Shown here one piece after another: positions 49,266 to 60,019 of a stretch of DNA of 64,000 nt; positions within the stretch are counted from its first letter, which is position 1; each line of letters starts with the position of its first letter. The stretch comes from Spirochaetia bacterium (lineage in GTDB: Bacteria; Spirochaetota; Spirochaetia; DSM-2461): NCBI GenBank assembly GCA_963668315.1, contig OY764216.1, positions 3,552,001 through 3,616,000 of the forward strand, written 5' to 3'. Under the pieces are notes generated by a model. The model saw only the letters and a program-made list of their open reading frames with translations. It was not told the DNA's origin and did no database searches. Both the position numbers and the translations under genes were made by a program.

Positions 49266-50129
49266 GTGTTTGTCCAGAGAAGGAGCTTCCTTTCTTCCTT
49301 AATCATTCATCTGTTTCTTTTCTTACTCCTATGGGGGTATTTTATAGTCAAGACACCGCCTCTCCCTCTGCTTCCCCAGAAACGGGTCGTGAAGGTCACC
49401 GTGAAGAGTCGGACAGCAGAAAGGGTCCCGGAACAAAAATCCCATTTGCCGGCCCTTGCCGAACCCCGAAAGGAAAATTTGCCTCTCCCTCCCGACCGGA
49501 CGCCGGAGAAAGCACCCGAGCCGGAACCGCTGCCCCCCCGGGAAATGATATCCGAACAGCCGCAGCCGGTAGAAAAGACCGTAACCCCGGCGGAAGAACA
49601 GCTGACTGCCGCGGAGCCGCCGAAGGAAGCTCTTGCCGAACCGCCTCTGCCTTCCTCCTCTGACGAAACAGCCCGTGACGAACCGGCGGCCCTGGGGGAA
49701 AATTACGCCTATTCCTTTGCCGAATCCTCTCCGCTTCCGTCCCTGGAAGACCCTCTGGCCATTCCCCGGGAGGATTTCAGCCTCGACCACCTGCTTATTC
49801 AGGACGAAGTTCCCCAGGAAGGAACGGACTCTCTCTACCATATAGAGCTCTCTGCCGGCAGACTCAGGAATATCATATCCACTCCGGATATTCTTTTTGA
49901 TATGAAGGATCCGGTGCTCGGGACTTTATCCGATTGCCGCATTGCCTTTTCTGTAACAGAGGAGGGACTCGTCAGGGATATCAGGATGATCCCTCCGGGA
50001 ACGGGGAGTGAGACTTACGATGAAATACTGGAAACCCTTCTCTCCCGTTTTCTTTTTTCCCCGGGAGAAGCGGAAGAGGGAACCATCGCCATTAATTTTT
50101 CCCCCATAAGCGGGGCGTCCCATGATTAA
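49266..50129 (+). CDS. TonB/TolA-like energy transducer (divergent)
   Basis: TM anchor 'SSLIIH' (S-x3-H), Pro/Glu-rich spacer and TonB_C-like end 'F.V.E.G.V.DI......G....D....F.F.P'. Confidence 0.7.
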   Translation: MFVQRRSFLSSLIIHLFLFLLLWGYFIVKTPPLPLLPQKRVVKVTVKSRTAERVPEQKSHLPALAEPRKENLPLPPDRTPEKAPEPEPLPPREMISEQPQPVEKTVTPAEEQLTAAEPPKEALAEPPLPSSSDETARDEPAALGENYAYSFAESSPLPSLEDPLAIPREDFSLDHLLIQDEVPQEGTDSLYHIELSAGRLRNIISTPDILFDMKDPVLGTLSDCRIAFSVTEEGLVRDIRMIPPGTGSETYDEILETLLSRFLFSPGEAEEGTIAINFSPISGASHD

Positions 50130-53100
50130 AAAACAGTTCTACCAGATCGCCCTTCTTATTTTTATGCTCCTGATCATGATAGGACTCTACCTCCCCATCC
50201 GGAGCCATATGGTGGAACAGCTTGAAAAGATTAAAAGCTCGCTTATTTCCAGCTGGGAAAGAGAATACGGGATGGAGATTAAATACCGATCCGCATCCCC
50301 CACGATTATCAATTCACTGAGAATAAGGGACTTTTCTCTCTCTTCGGGGGAGAGGGCTGATTTTTCCTTCAATTCGGAGCGGATTTCCCTTTTCTACGGT
50401 CTCAGACCCTTTTCCCGGGACAGTCATAAAATCAGCCTCAACAGGCTCCTCATCAAAAGGGGTATGGTGTATATCAACCTTCCCTCGGACAGTACCCCTG
50501 GCGAAACGCCCGATCCGAAGGAGATTTCTTCACGGATCCAGCATATTATATCCGCCTATTTCCCCTCAGCCGTTGTGGAATTACGGGATATCACGGTGAG
50601 AATTGTCCGGGGAGGGGAGATTTACCACTGGAATATCGGTCTGCTTCGCTGTTCCGCCGAGGATGACTCCATAAACATCAGCCACAAAGGTTCCTTCACC
50701 GGGGGGGACGACGTGTCTTTTGCCCTTACCGCCCGCGGATCGGTCGGTACCGCCCTGGACAGGCTGAATTTCTCCACCCGCCTGGAAAACTTCGATTCCT
50801 CTATTCTTGGATTTGACCGATTGGATTTTCAAGTGGGCATGAACGGCGATGAACTGAGAATCAGCAAGGTCAGCGATAAATTCCCCGTCGATATCTCCCT
50901 TCAGAAAAAGGGCGATTTGTGGTCCCTTAAATATCAATCGGAAGATTTCACGCCCTCAGACATATTCTCCCCCGGCAGGGAATGGCAGGATTACGCCCCC
51001 TGGTTCGGTCTGACTCTGGACGGCTCTCTTCAGTGCGACTACGACAGCACGACCAAAGTCCCTCTCTATTCAACGGATCTGGTCATGAAGGGAAATAATG
51101 ATTTTATACGGGAGCATCTGGGCGGCTACACAACCGTGAGACTGGTTCTGTCGGGAGAACAGTGGAACATAAGCAGCCGATTGGTGGATGTGAAAGCTCC
51201 GATAGGTCATTTCTCCTATTCAGGGGATATGCATCTGACGGACAGGCAGGCGAGGGGAACTTTTCTTATCGACCGGGGAAGAATCACCCCCGATCTGTTT
51301 CTCTCAGCAAAATGGGACATCCTGTTGGATGACAGCCAGTTCTCCCTGAATACGGACTCATTGACGCTGGGAGAGAAAGAGAGCGGCTCCCTGACCCTTT
51401 CGGGGGAAGCCCAGTGGGAGAAACGCAATATTCTGGCCAACGCCGTGTACACAGGGCCACTGGCCGATTATATAAGCCTTGATATCTATGCCGATTTCAT
51501 CGACTCCCTCTCCCTGAAAACCTGGTATGACATTCAGTCTTTGAATCTACCGGAGCTCCTGGATACGGCCGGCCTGGTCTCGCCCGAAAGCCCCCTCCTG
51601 TCCCTATCCCGGAATGCTACGGTGAACAGCCGGGGGTCTCTCGATCTCTCGGACAGCGTTCTGACAGCCATGGTGGATAGAATTGACCTCCTTTCTCCCG
51701 ATTTCCGGTTCTCGGCGGAAGGTTACGGCAACGGGAAAAAAATCGTTGTTTCCGATCTCCTCTTTGAAAAGGGAAATAACAGAGTGGTGGGCTCACTGAC
51801 CGGGGCGATGGGCGACATCACCACCCTGCAGAGCAGACTGACCTACAATGGAAGTCCCTTCGATCTTGACATGATCTGGCAGAAGGAGGAGAGAACGGTC
51901 GCCGTAGAAGGCTCCTATGACCTTAAGGGAGACCTCCGCTATTTTGACAACGGAATGGTCCATTTCAATCTGGCCTCCTCACCCATACCATTCAATCTCA
52001 GGGATAACGGGCTGAAAATGAAACTGGGGATGAGCGGAATGATATCTCCCGACCGGTGGTCCGTCAATTTCCTTGAAAACAAGATAATCATCAGCGACAG
52101 CCCCTATTTATATCCGGCGGAGATATCATTCTCGGGACTTTTGGACAACAGCACCCTGCATATAAACAAAATGGAATGGAAGGATGATTTCTCAAAAATT
52201 CAGGGAAACGGGAAGCTCCTCCTTCCCCTGGCAGGCTCCAGGCAGTTCAACGGATGGCTGACCCTGGATTCGGACAGGGACGAGAAATATAAATTTCTCT
52301 TTTTCAAAGACGGCTCCCATTACAACGGTTACGGGGATATAGAGAATCTGATAGTAAAAAGAATAAAGGCCCTGGACAGGGAAGGAACGATTTCGGCCAG
52401 TCTCAATTTTCAGGATCTTCCCCTGAACAGCAAAGTGAAGGGTAATATCGAAGCTTCTCTGGAAGATATGGGAAGCCTTTCATGCTCTCTGGATCTTAAC
52501 GATGAGAGAGTTTTGCTGACGGACCTGGAGGGGGATTTCGGTTCCGCCCGGTTCAACAGCGGTCTTATTACATTCAACAGGAATGGGGGTGATCTGACCA
52601 TGAGTCTGGGCCTCGGGGGAGTTCTAGCAAAAAAAGAGTGGAAAACCGGCCTGTACCTCAAGGGTAGAAGCGAGGATATTCTCAATCCGGAGAAAGCGAA
52701 TTTTTCCGGGGTTCTGAAAACCGAGGAGATCAGCTTCAACGGAAGCGTCGTCAGTCCCCCCTTGAGTTTTCACATGGATAGGGAAGGAGAGGATATCTCC
52801 CTTTACAATGACGATCGGGAAGTTTTCAATTCCTATTACAGTCTTTCAAGCGGCCAGATCATCGTCAATTCGGAAAAGCTGCTGCCCCTCTCCTTTGACT
52901 TGAGAGGAATATTGCGCAGCGACGTTCTGGATGTGACCCTTTCACGTATCTATATGGATATGAAAAAGGCCAATTCCTTCATGCCCGTGGATTATGCCAG
53001 TAAAAAGCCCATGGTGGAATTCGACCAGGGGATTCTCCGGGGGCAGATGACCCTGAAGGGCACCCCCGCTTCACCGGATATCAACGGTGTTCTGACCATT

Positions 53101-54384
53101 GATCCCCTGCAGCTTAACACGGCTTACAGCACCAAGGATAAGGGAGTAACAAGGGCGGCGGTGGATATAACAGAAAATTATATAACCATTCCCTATTTTG
53201 AAATGAATGTGGGCAAGACGGGAACGGTCGGCCTCAGGGGCGGTATACTCCTGGACGGCTGGTCCCTGGAAGAATTTCATTTCGACTTCAGTATGATAGG
53301 GAAGAACGGCGGATCCGTGCCTATGATCTACCCCATCAAGGGGCTGGCCCTGAACGGAGAAGCTTCGGGGGATGTTTCATTCTACGGGACGGGCCAGCAG
53401 TACTTCATTACTGGGGAGCTCCTCCTGGACCGCATGGTTTTGTCCCTGGCCCAGACCCCCAAAAAGCCTCATATTCCCCGTAATGAACGGCCCGACCCCT
53501 GGGACCTGAATGTGGATGTGAGCTTCATAACGGGCAAGGATGTATCCATGGTCGTTCCCAATGAGGATTTTCATGTGGTAAAAGCGCAGCTCGATATAGA
53601 TCAGAAACTCCGGTTTCAGCTTGACAATATCCCCTGGCTGTTCTCCCTGACGGGAGACCTTGCCGTCAGGACAGGGGATATCGCTTATTTTGACAAGAAT
53701 TTCAATCTGACCGAAGGGCATGTGACCTTTGAGGAGAACCAGGAGAACTTCGATCCCTTTCTGGATATTACCGCCGAAACCGACCTTACCTACCAGGGAA
53801 ACGACGTCACTCTCATCATCGATTATGAAGGCTCCCTGTTCGGAGATTTCGATCCCCAGTTCAGCTCCATACCGTCCTATTCGGAACGGGAAATCCTGGC
53901 GATGCTGGAACCCTTCCAGACAGGAGACAATACGGCTATCGCCGTTGCTCTGGGCTCTTATGCGGATAAATATACCTTTTCCGCCCCCTTTGAGGAGGGC
54001 CTGAAAGATGCCCTCAATGTAGATATGGTAACGATTGAAACGGGCTTTTTGAAAAATATCATTGAAGATCAATTGAATGCAGGCCAGGGGGTTTATACAA
54101 ATGGTAGTTCTCAATATAATGTAGCGAGATATATGGATGATACCTATCTCAATGTGGGTAAGTATCTGGGAAGGGATCTTTTCGTGGCCGGGGGAATAAG
54201 CGTTGATTACGATGAAAGACGTACCGTCATGAACGGAATGGGCTTTGATTTTAATGTAACTTTGGAAATGGAGACTCCTTTCTTTAATATAGGCTGGACC
54301 TATTTACCCGATGACTTGGACAGCCGTGATTCATCGGATGGCTTTATTAGTGATTCGAGCATAACCATAAATTTCAGGCTTTAA
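50122..54384 (+). CDS. tamB: Translocation/assembly module TamB (AsmA-like)
   Basis: N-terminal TM segment, 1420-aa beta-rich body and C-terminal 'F.L..G.V.F......DP.LDI.A' and 'VGKYL..DLF'; directly upstream of bamA. Confidence 0.85.
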   Translation: MIKKQFYQIALLIFMLLIMIGLYLPIRSHMVEQLEKIKSSLISSWEREYGMEIKYRSASPTIINSLRIRDFSLSSGERADFSFNSERISLFYGLRPFSRDSHKISLNRLLIKRGMVYINLPSDSTPGETPDPKEISSRIQHIISAYFPSAVVELRDITVRIVRGGEIYHWNIGLLRCSAEDDSINISHKGSFTGGDDVSFALTARGSVGTALDRLNFSTRLENFDSSILGFDRLDFQVGMNGDELRISKVSDKFPVDISLQKKGDLWSLKYQSEDFTPSDIFSPGREWQDYAPWFGLTLDGSLQCDYDSTTKVPLYSTDLVMKGNNDFIREHLGGYTTVRLVLSGEQWNISSRLVDVKAPIGHFSYSGDMHLTDRQARGTFLIDRGRITPDLFLSAKWDILLDDSQFSLNTDSLTLGEKESGSLTLSGEAQWEKRNILANAVYTGPLADYISLDIYADFIDSLSLKTWYDIQSLNLPELLDTAGLVSPESPLLSLSRNATVNSRGSLDLSDSVLTAMVDRIDLLSPDFRFSAEGYGNGKKIVVSDLLFEKGNNRVVGSLTGAMGDITTLQSRLTYNGSPFDLDMIWQKEERTVAVEGSYDLKGDLRYFDNGMVHFNLASSPIPFNLRDNGLKMKLGMSGMISPDRWSVNFLENKIIISDSPYLYPAEISFSGLLDNSTLHINKMEWKDDFSKIQGNGKLLLPLAGSRQFNGWLTLDSDRDEKYKFLFFKDGSHYNGYGDIENLIVKRIKALDREGTISASLNFQDLPLNSKVKGNIEASLEDMGSLSCSLDLNDERVLLTDLEGDFGSARFNSGLITFNRNGGDLTMSLGLGGVLAKKEWKTGLYLKGRSEDILNPEKANFSGVLKTEEISFNGSVVSPPLSFHMDREGEDISLYNDDREVFNSYYSLSSGQIIVNSEKLLPLSFDLRGILRSDVLDVTLSRIYMDMKKANSFMPVDYASKKPMVEFDQGILRGQMTLKGTPASPDINGVLTIDPLQLNTAYSTKDKGVTRAAVDITENYITIPYFEMNVGKTGTVGLRGGILLDGWSLEEFHFDFSMIGKNGGSVPMIYPIKGLALNGEASGDVSFYGTGQQYFITGELLLDRMVLSLAQTPKKPHIPRNERPDPWDLNVDVSFITGKDVSMVVPNEDFHVVKAQLDIDQKLRFQLDNIPWLFSLTGDLAVRTGDIAYFDKNFNLTEGHVTFEENQENFDPFLDITAETDLTYQGNDVTLIIDYEGSLFGDFDPQFSSIPSYSEREILAMLEPFQTGDNTAIAVALGSYADKYTFSAPFEEGLKDALNVDMVTIETGFLKNIIEDQLNAGQGVYTNGSSQYNVARYMDDTYLNVGKYLGRDLFVAGGISVDYDERRTVMNGMGFDFNVTLEMETPFFNIGWTYLPDDLDSRDSSDGFISDSSITINFRL

Positions 54385-54404
54385 TAATTTTTGTAGGAGA
54401 AAAG

Positions 54405-56879
54405 ATGAGGAAATTCTGGCTTACTCTGCTTTTTGCAGCACTTGTTTTGCCCCTTTTTTCGCAGGAAGACGACAGGGATTGGTACCTAAACAAGAAAATA
54501 GTCGATATACGTTTCACCGGCTTGGAGACAATTTCTGAAAATGAATTGAAAGCGGTGACGAAGGAATTCATAGGCAAGGAGTTTACGGACACCCTTTCCT
54601 GGGAAATTCAGGCACGCCTCTATGCCCTTGAGTACTTCGATTTGATCCTGGCTTCGGTCCACCCCGGAGACAGCGCCAGGTCTACGGCCATCATAGAATT
54701 CCGTGTTGAGGAGAAGCCTTCCGTCGATGAAATCATCTACACGGGAAACGAGCGCATCAGAAAAAGCGAACTCCGCGATACGGTTCTGGTGACCCGGGGA
54801 GATATCCTCAACAACTCCGCCATCAGGCAGGACAAGGACTCCATCGCGGCCCTTTATCTCGAAAAGGGTTTTCTCGATACGAAAGTAGACTTTCTCACCG
54901 AAGTGGACGAAGAGACCAATACGGCGAAAATCATTTTCAATATCGATGAAGGCATTCAGACAAAAATCAGCCAGATAAAGATAGAGGGGAACAGCAGCGA
55001 AATATCCTCGAGAACCCTACTCGGCCTTATGAGCCTGAAACCTCAGTCGATCTTCAACAAGGGTATTTACGTGGAAAGCACCCTGCAGGAAGATCTGACC
55101 GCCATTAAGAATTACTACCGTTCCCGCGGCTATATCGATATGGATGTGGCTCAGATAAACAGGGATATTGTTCTCGATGAAGAGGACGGCATCAACAAAA
55201 TGGTCATATCCATTCTCATCGATGAAGGCCCGGAGTACAAATTCGGGGATGTCAGCTTTTCGGGCAACAGTATTTTCACCGATGAGGAGCTTTCCGAGTA
55301 TTTTAAAATGCTCAAAAACGGCCAGACTCTGAACATGCTCTCCTTCGAGAACGGATTCCAGCAGGTCAGCGAGCAGTATTACGAAAACGGCTACATCTAC
55401 AACAATATTGACTATACCATGGACAAGAACGAGTCCACCGGCATGGTCTCCTTTAACATCACGATTCAGGAAAGGGACAGAGCCCATATTGAGAGCATCA
55501 CCGTAAAGGGAAACGACACCACCAAGGATTATGTTATCCTCAGGGAGATTCCCCTCGAAGTGGGCGATGTATTCAACCGCACGAAGCTGATCGAAGGCTG
55601 GCAGAATCTGATGAGCACCCAGTACTTCTCTTCGGTGGAGCCCCAGACCTATCAGGGATCAACCGACCTTCTCATGGATCTTGTTATCGATGTGGAAGAG
55701 GGCCAGACGGCGAATATTCTCTTCGGCATGACTTTTTCGGGAGGGGATGAATTCCCCATCTCCGGTCAGCTTCAGTGGAGCGATTCCAATATTCTGGGAA
55801 CCGGAAAGAGCGTCGGCGTCTCCAGTACCTTCTCCTTCGGAACCCAGTCTCTTTCCCTTAAGTACACCGAACCCTGGCTTTTCGGCCTGCGCTGGTCCGG
55901 CGGATTTGACCTCACCTATACCCACGACGCGGAAAGCTCGGCGGAACAGGATACGGACGGTGACGGGATTCCCGATCCCTACGATACGATGGCCGAATAT
56001 GAAGCGGCTTCCGCCAAAGTGCCTACGGAAGATAAAATGACCTACGAGTCCCACTATATATCCGCCGGATTCAGCACGGGATATACCTGGCCTACCTTTA
56101 TGGGAAGAGTTACCGCGTCCACCAGTATACGAAGCGGTATCGAATATCTGACCTATGACGAGGACTATTTCACGCCCTACAGCGATACGATCTCCGATAA
56201 CCTGGACTGCTGGAAGTATTTCGACACCCTTTCAGTCAAGGGCATTCTCGACAAGCGGGATATAACCTACGATCCTAATAAGGGCTACATTTTCAGCCAG
56301 TCCCTCACCATGGCCGGTCTGACACAGGTATCTACCAAGCAGTATTTCAAATCCATATCAAAGCTGGGGCTGTATAAAACCCTGTTCGACATTCCCCTTG
56401 ACGAAGACAGTAACTTCAAAGCGGTACTCGGACTGGACAGTGCCTTCTCCTATATTTTTGAGAAACCCTGGGTGGAGGATTATATCCTGGATCTGAGCGA
56501 TGAGGGATTCTATATTGACGGTATGTTCATCGCTCGCGGATGGAACGTGGAAACGGGGGGGAAAGCCCTCTGGGACAGCACGCTCTCGCTGAAGTTCCCC
56601 GTGATTCCCCAGATACTTTCCGTGGACGGCTTCCTCGACGTGGTCGGGATGTGGAACAGCGATCTGGCGCTGAAGGAGATGTCTCTGAACGATTTCCGCT
56701 GTTCCCTCGGGGCCGGTGTCCGCTTTGCCAACCCCGCCTTTCCCATCGGGCTGTACCTGGTTAAAAAGTTTACCTTCGATGAAGACGGTAAGGTCGATTG
56801 GAACCCTGAGGCTGAATACAATGCCTTCCAGGACTGGGGCATGGATCTTGTCATAGCCTTTGAGTTGGACATATATTAA
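54405..56879 (+). CDS. bamA: Outer-membrane protein assembly factor BamA
   Basis: Signal peptide, five POTRA repeats ('Y...G[FY]', 'GN..T.DYVILRE'), 'N.LG.G', 'YTEPW' and loop-6 'ARGW'. Confidence 0.95.
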   Translation: MRKFWLTLLFAALVLPLFSQEDDRDWYLNKKIVDIRFTGLETISENELKAVTKEFIGKEFTDTLSWEIQARLYALEYFDLILASVHPGDSARSTAIIEFRVEEKPSVDEIIYTGNERIRKSELRDTVLVTRGDILNNSAIRQDKDSIAALYLEKGFLDTKVDFLTEVDEETNTAKIIFNIDEGIQTKISQIKIEGNSSEISSRTLLGLMSLKPQSIFNKGIYVESTLQEDLTAIKNYYRSRGYIDMDVAQINRDIVLDEEDGINKMVISILIDEGPEYKFGDVSFSGNSIFTDEELSEYFKMLKNGQTLNMLSFENGFQQVSEQYYENGYIYNNIDYTMDKNESTGMVSFNITIQERDRAHIESITVKGNDTTKDYVILREIPLEVGDVFNRTKLIEGWQNLMSTQYFSSVEPQTYQGSTDLLMDLVIDVEEGQTANILFGMTFSGGDEFPISGQLQWSDSNILGTGKSVGVSSTFSFGTQSLSLKYTEPWLFGLRWSGGFDLTYTHDAESSAEQDTDGDGIPDPYDTMAEYEAASAKVPTEDKMTYESHYISAGFSTGYTWPTFMGRVTASTSIRSGIEYLTYDEDYFTPYSDTISDNLDCWKYFDTLSVKGILDKRDITYDPNKGYIFSQSLTMAGLTQVSTKQYFKSISKLGLYKTLFDIPLDEDSNFKAVLGLDSAFSYIFEKPWVEDYILDLSDEGFYIDGMFIARGWNVETGGKALWDSTLSLKFPVIPQILSVDGFLDVVGMWNSDLALKEMSLNDFRCSLGAGVRFANPAFPIGLYLVKKFTFDEDGKVDWNPEAEYNAFQDWGMDLVIAFELDIY

Positions 56880-56897
56880 ATAACGGGAGAATTACCA

Positions 56898-57416
56898 ATG
56901 AAGAGATACATTATTACACTGCTGCTTTTTGCCTTGAGCGGAATGCTCTTTTCCCAACAGATAACGAGAATGGCCGTCGTGGATTACTCCCGGCTGCTCT
57001 CCGTGTATTACCAGGATTCAAGGAAGATCAAGGAAGTCAACGATTTCGAAAACGAAATCATGGAAGAGCTGGCGTCCATTCAGGACGAGATATCCGACCT
57101 GGAAGAGAAGAAGATTGATGCGGAAAGAAACGGGGACCAGGAGTCTGTTCTCTCCTTTGACGAAATGATCGATCAGAAGAAAAAATACCAGCAGGATTAT
57201 CTTCGTATCAAGAAGACGCAGCTGAATAACATGAAAGAGAAATACGCGTCCAGCCTCTCCATGACGACAGAGATTTATGACGCCATCGTCTACGTCTCCC
57301 AGAGCGAAGGTTACTCCTTCGTTATGAAAAAAAGCGATCCCGATCTCGTCTGGTGGTCGCCCGATGTGGATATAACCGATGCGGTTCTTAATCGGCTCTC
57401 GATCATGAACAGATAG
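56898..57416 (+). CDS. skp: OmpH/Skp periplasmic chaperone
   Basis: 'RMAVVD', coiled coil and 'EGYS.V......VDITD.VL'. Confidence 0.9.
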   Translation: MKRYIITLLLFALSGMLFSQQITRMAVVDYSRLLSVYYQDSRKIKEVNDFENEIMEELASIQDEISDLEEKKIDAERNGDQESVLSFDEMIDQKKKYQQDYLRIKKTQLNNMKEKYASSLSMTTEIYDAIVYVSQSEGYSFVMKKSDPDLVWWSPDVDITDAVLNRLSIMNR

Positions 57417-57424
57417 GGGGCGAC

Positions 57425-59992
57425 GTGTCTGAAACGACGCCCATGATGAGGCAGTACCTTTCTATAAAAGAACAGCACAAGGATGCTGTTCTTTTTTTCA
57501 GGATGGGGGATTTTTATGAAATGTTCCGCGAGGATGCGCGGGAAGTCAGCAAACTGTTGAATCTTACCCTGACGAAAAGACAGGGAATCATGATGTGCGG
57601 AATTCCCTATCACGCTTCGCAGAACTATATCGGCCGCCTCCTCAAACTGGGCAGAAAAGTGGCCATCTGCGAGCAGACGGAGATGCCTCCCAAAGGGAAG
57701 GGCATTGCCAAAAGGGAAGTGGTGGAGATTATCACTCCCGGCACCATTGTGGATGAAGATTTTCTCGACAAGGGTTCCAACAACTATCTGGCCGCCGTGG
57801 GCTATGAAAATGAAACGATCAACTTCTCCTATATCGATCTCTCCACGGGTGCCTTTTACACATCCCTGACGCCCCTGGAAGGGGGAGCGGATTTTCTGAG
57901 AAGCGAGCTGTTCCGTTTGGCTCCGGGTGAACTCATTCTCCAGGAATCCCTCCTGGAAAAGGATGCCTTTCAATTTCTCAGGGAGGGTCAGTTTTTCCTG
58001 AACAAAATGCCCGACTGGTCCTTTGATATCCGGGCGGGGGAAGCTCTCCTCAAGAAACAGCTCTCCCTCAACAGTCTCAAGGCTTTCGGCATTGAGTCCA
58101 ACAGTCCCCTTGTCATGTCCCCCGGCGTCATACTGGAATATATAGAAGAGACGGCCAAGAGCCTTCTTCCCCATATCGTTTCACTGAAAGTGTACAGTGA
58201 GTCGGATTACCTGGCTCTGGATGAGGCCACAAGAAAGAATCTGGAACTTGTCCGAAACCTGCAGGACGGTTCACGCCACTATACTCTCCTTGAGATTCTG
58301 GACCACACCATGACCCCCATGGGCGCCCGTCTCTTGAAGAACTGGATACAGCACCCCCTGAAGGACATGGAACCCATCCAGGAACGGCTCAGCTGTGTGG
58401 AAATCCTCCATGGCGAACAGCTGCTTCTCCAGCGCCTCCGGGAAGATCTTAAACCGGTTCTCGATCTGGAAAGACTGACGGCCCGTGTCGCCATGGACAA
58501 GGCCCACGGGAAAAACCTTCTCGCCATCGGCACATCCATCGGGCAGTACACCTGCATAAGGGAGAGCTTTTCTCAGAACGACAGGGCCAGAGAGCTTCTC
58601 CATGATCCCTCTATAAACGAGGAAGAGCTCATCGAGCTGACCGATCTTCTCGCCCGGGCGATCAGGGATGAACCATCCATCCTTCTCACCGAAGGAAGAA
58701 TCATCAGGGAAGGCTTCAACGCCGATCTGGATCATCTGCGCCATCTCAAAGAGAACAGCCGCCAGATTCTCGATGAATACCTGGATAGTGAAAGGAAAAT
58801 TTCCGGCATCGGTAATCTGAAAATCAAATACAACAAGATTATCGGCTACTTTTTTGATGTGACCAAAAGCCAGCTTGAACTGGTCCCCGGTCACTTTATC
58901 CGCCGGCAGTCCCTGGTCGGTTCCGAAAGATTCACCACGGAACGGCTGGGAGAGATAGAAACGGAGATCAACAGCGCCTCCGACAAAATAATCGATCTGG
59001 AAAAGGAGATATTCCTCGAGGTCAGGCAGAAGGTTAAGGACAAACTCCCCCTTCTCCAGCATGTCTCATCCTTCTTCTCCCGCATCGACTGTCTCCAATC
59101 CCTGGCCTACGGCGCCACGGTGAACGGATACGTGAAACCCCGGCTGACCCTGGAAACGGAACTGTCCATTAATAACGGGAGACATCCGGTGGTTGAATAC
59201 CATCTTCCCCCCGGGGAATTCGTACCCAATTCCCTCGACCTGGACAGCGACGGCGTCTCCTTCGCTCTCATTACCGGGCCGAATATGGCGGGAAAATCCA
59301 CCTTCCTGCGCCAGACCGCCCTCATTACACTTATGGCGCAGATAGGCTCCTACATCCCCGCCCTGGAGGGGAAAATATCCCTTGTGGACAGGATCTTCTG
59401 CCGGGTAGGGGCTACGGACAATCTGGCTCGGGGGGAATCGACTTTTCTGGTGGAAATGAATGAAACCGCCTATATCCTCAGGAATTCCACGTCCCGCAGC
59501 CTTATCATCATGGATGAGGTGGGAAGAGGAACCAGTACCGAAGACGGTTTGTCCATCGCCTGGGCCATTAGCGAATACCTGCTCAATACGATCGGCGCCA
59601 AAACCCTTTTCGCCACCCATTACCATGAACTGACCGATCTGAATCATCCCCGTATGAAAAACCTGTCCCTCCAGGTGGAGGAAAGAGGCCTGGAAGTTCT
59701 TTTCCTCAAAAAGATAAACCCCGGTCCATCGAATAACTCCTACGGAATCCATGTGGCCTCTCTGGCGGGAATTCCCAAGGAAGTGATCTCCCGGGCCCGG
59801 GAAATTCTCAAATCCATTGAGGGGGGCGAGAAAAAAGTGATCCCCCCCCATGAGGAGAAAACGGATCAGATTAACCTTTTTGACGAAGGGGAAATGATTC
59901 TCAGCGATCTGGAAGCTCTTGATATCAACGGGATAACCCCCCTGGACGCCTTGAATAAAATCAGCAACTGGAAAAAGCGTCTTTCGGAGTAG
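57425..59992 (+). CDS. mutS: DNA mismatch repair protein MutS
   Basis: 'TPMMRQY', 'FRMGDFYEMF', 'TGPNMAGKST', 'GESTFLVEM', 'DEVGRGTS' and 'FATHYHEL'. Confidence 0.98.
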   Translation: MSETTPMMRQYLSIKEQHKDAVLFFRMGDFYEMFREDAREVSKLLNLTLTKRQGIMMCGIPYHASQNYIGRLLKLGRKVAICEQTEMPPKGKGIAKREVVEIITPGTIVDEDFLDKGSNNYLAAVGYENETINFSYIDLSTGAFYTSLTPLEGGADFLRSELFRLAPGELILQESLLEKDAFQFLREGQFFLNKMPDWSFDIRAGEALLKKQLSLNSLKAFGIESNSPLVMSPGVILEYIEETAKSLLPHIVSLKVYSESDYLALDEATRKNLELVRNLQDGSRHYTLLEILDHTMTPMGARLLKNWIQHPLKDMEPIQERLSCVEILHGEQLLLQRLREDLKPVLDLERLTARVAMDKAHGKNLLAIGTSIGQYTCIRESFSQNDRARELLHDPSINEEELIELTDLLARAIRDEPSILLTEGRIIREGFNADLDHLRHLKENSRQILDEYLDSERKISGIGNLKIKYNKIIGYFFDVTKSQLELVPGHFIRRQSLVGSERFTTERLGEIETEINSASDKIIDLEKEIFLEVRQKVKDKLPLLQHVSSFFSRIDCLQSLAYGATVNGYVKPRLTLETELSINNGRHPVVEYHLPPGEFVPNSLDLDSDGVSFALITGPNMAGKSTFLRQTALITLMAQIGSYIPALEGKISLVDRIFCRVGATDNLARGESTFLVEMNETAYILRNSTSRSLIIMDEVGRGTSTEDGLSIAWAISEYLLNTIGAKTLFATHYHELTDLNHPRMKNLSLQVEERGLEVLFLKKINPGPSNNSYGIHVASLAGIPKEVISRAREILKSIEGGEKKVIPPHEEKTDQINLFDEGEMILSDLEALDINGITPLDALNKISNWKKRLSE

Positions 59993-60019
59993 GGGGAAAA
60001 AAAATCTCTCCCTCTCATT

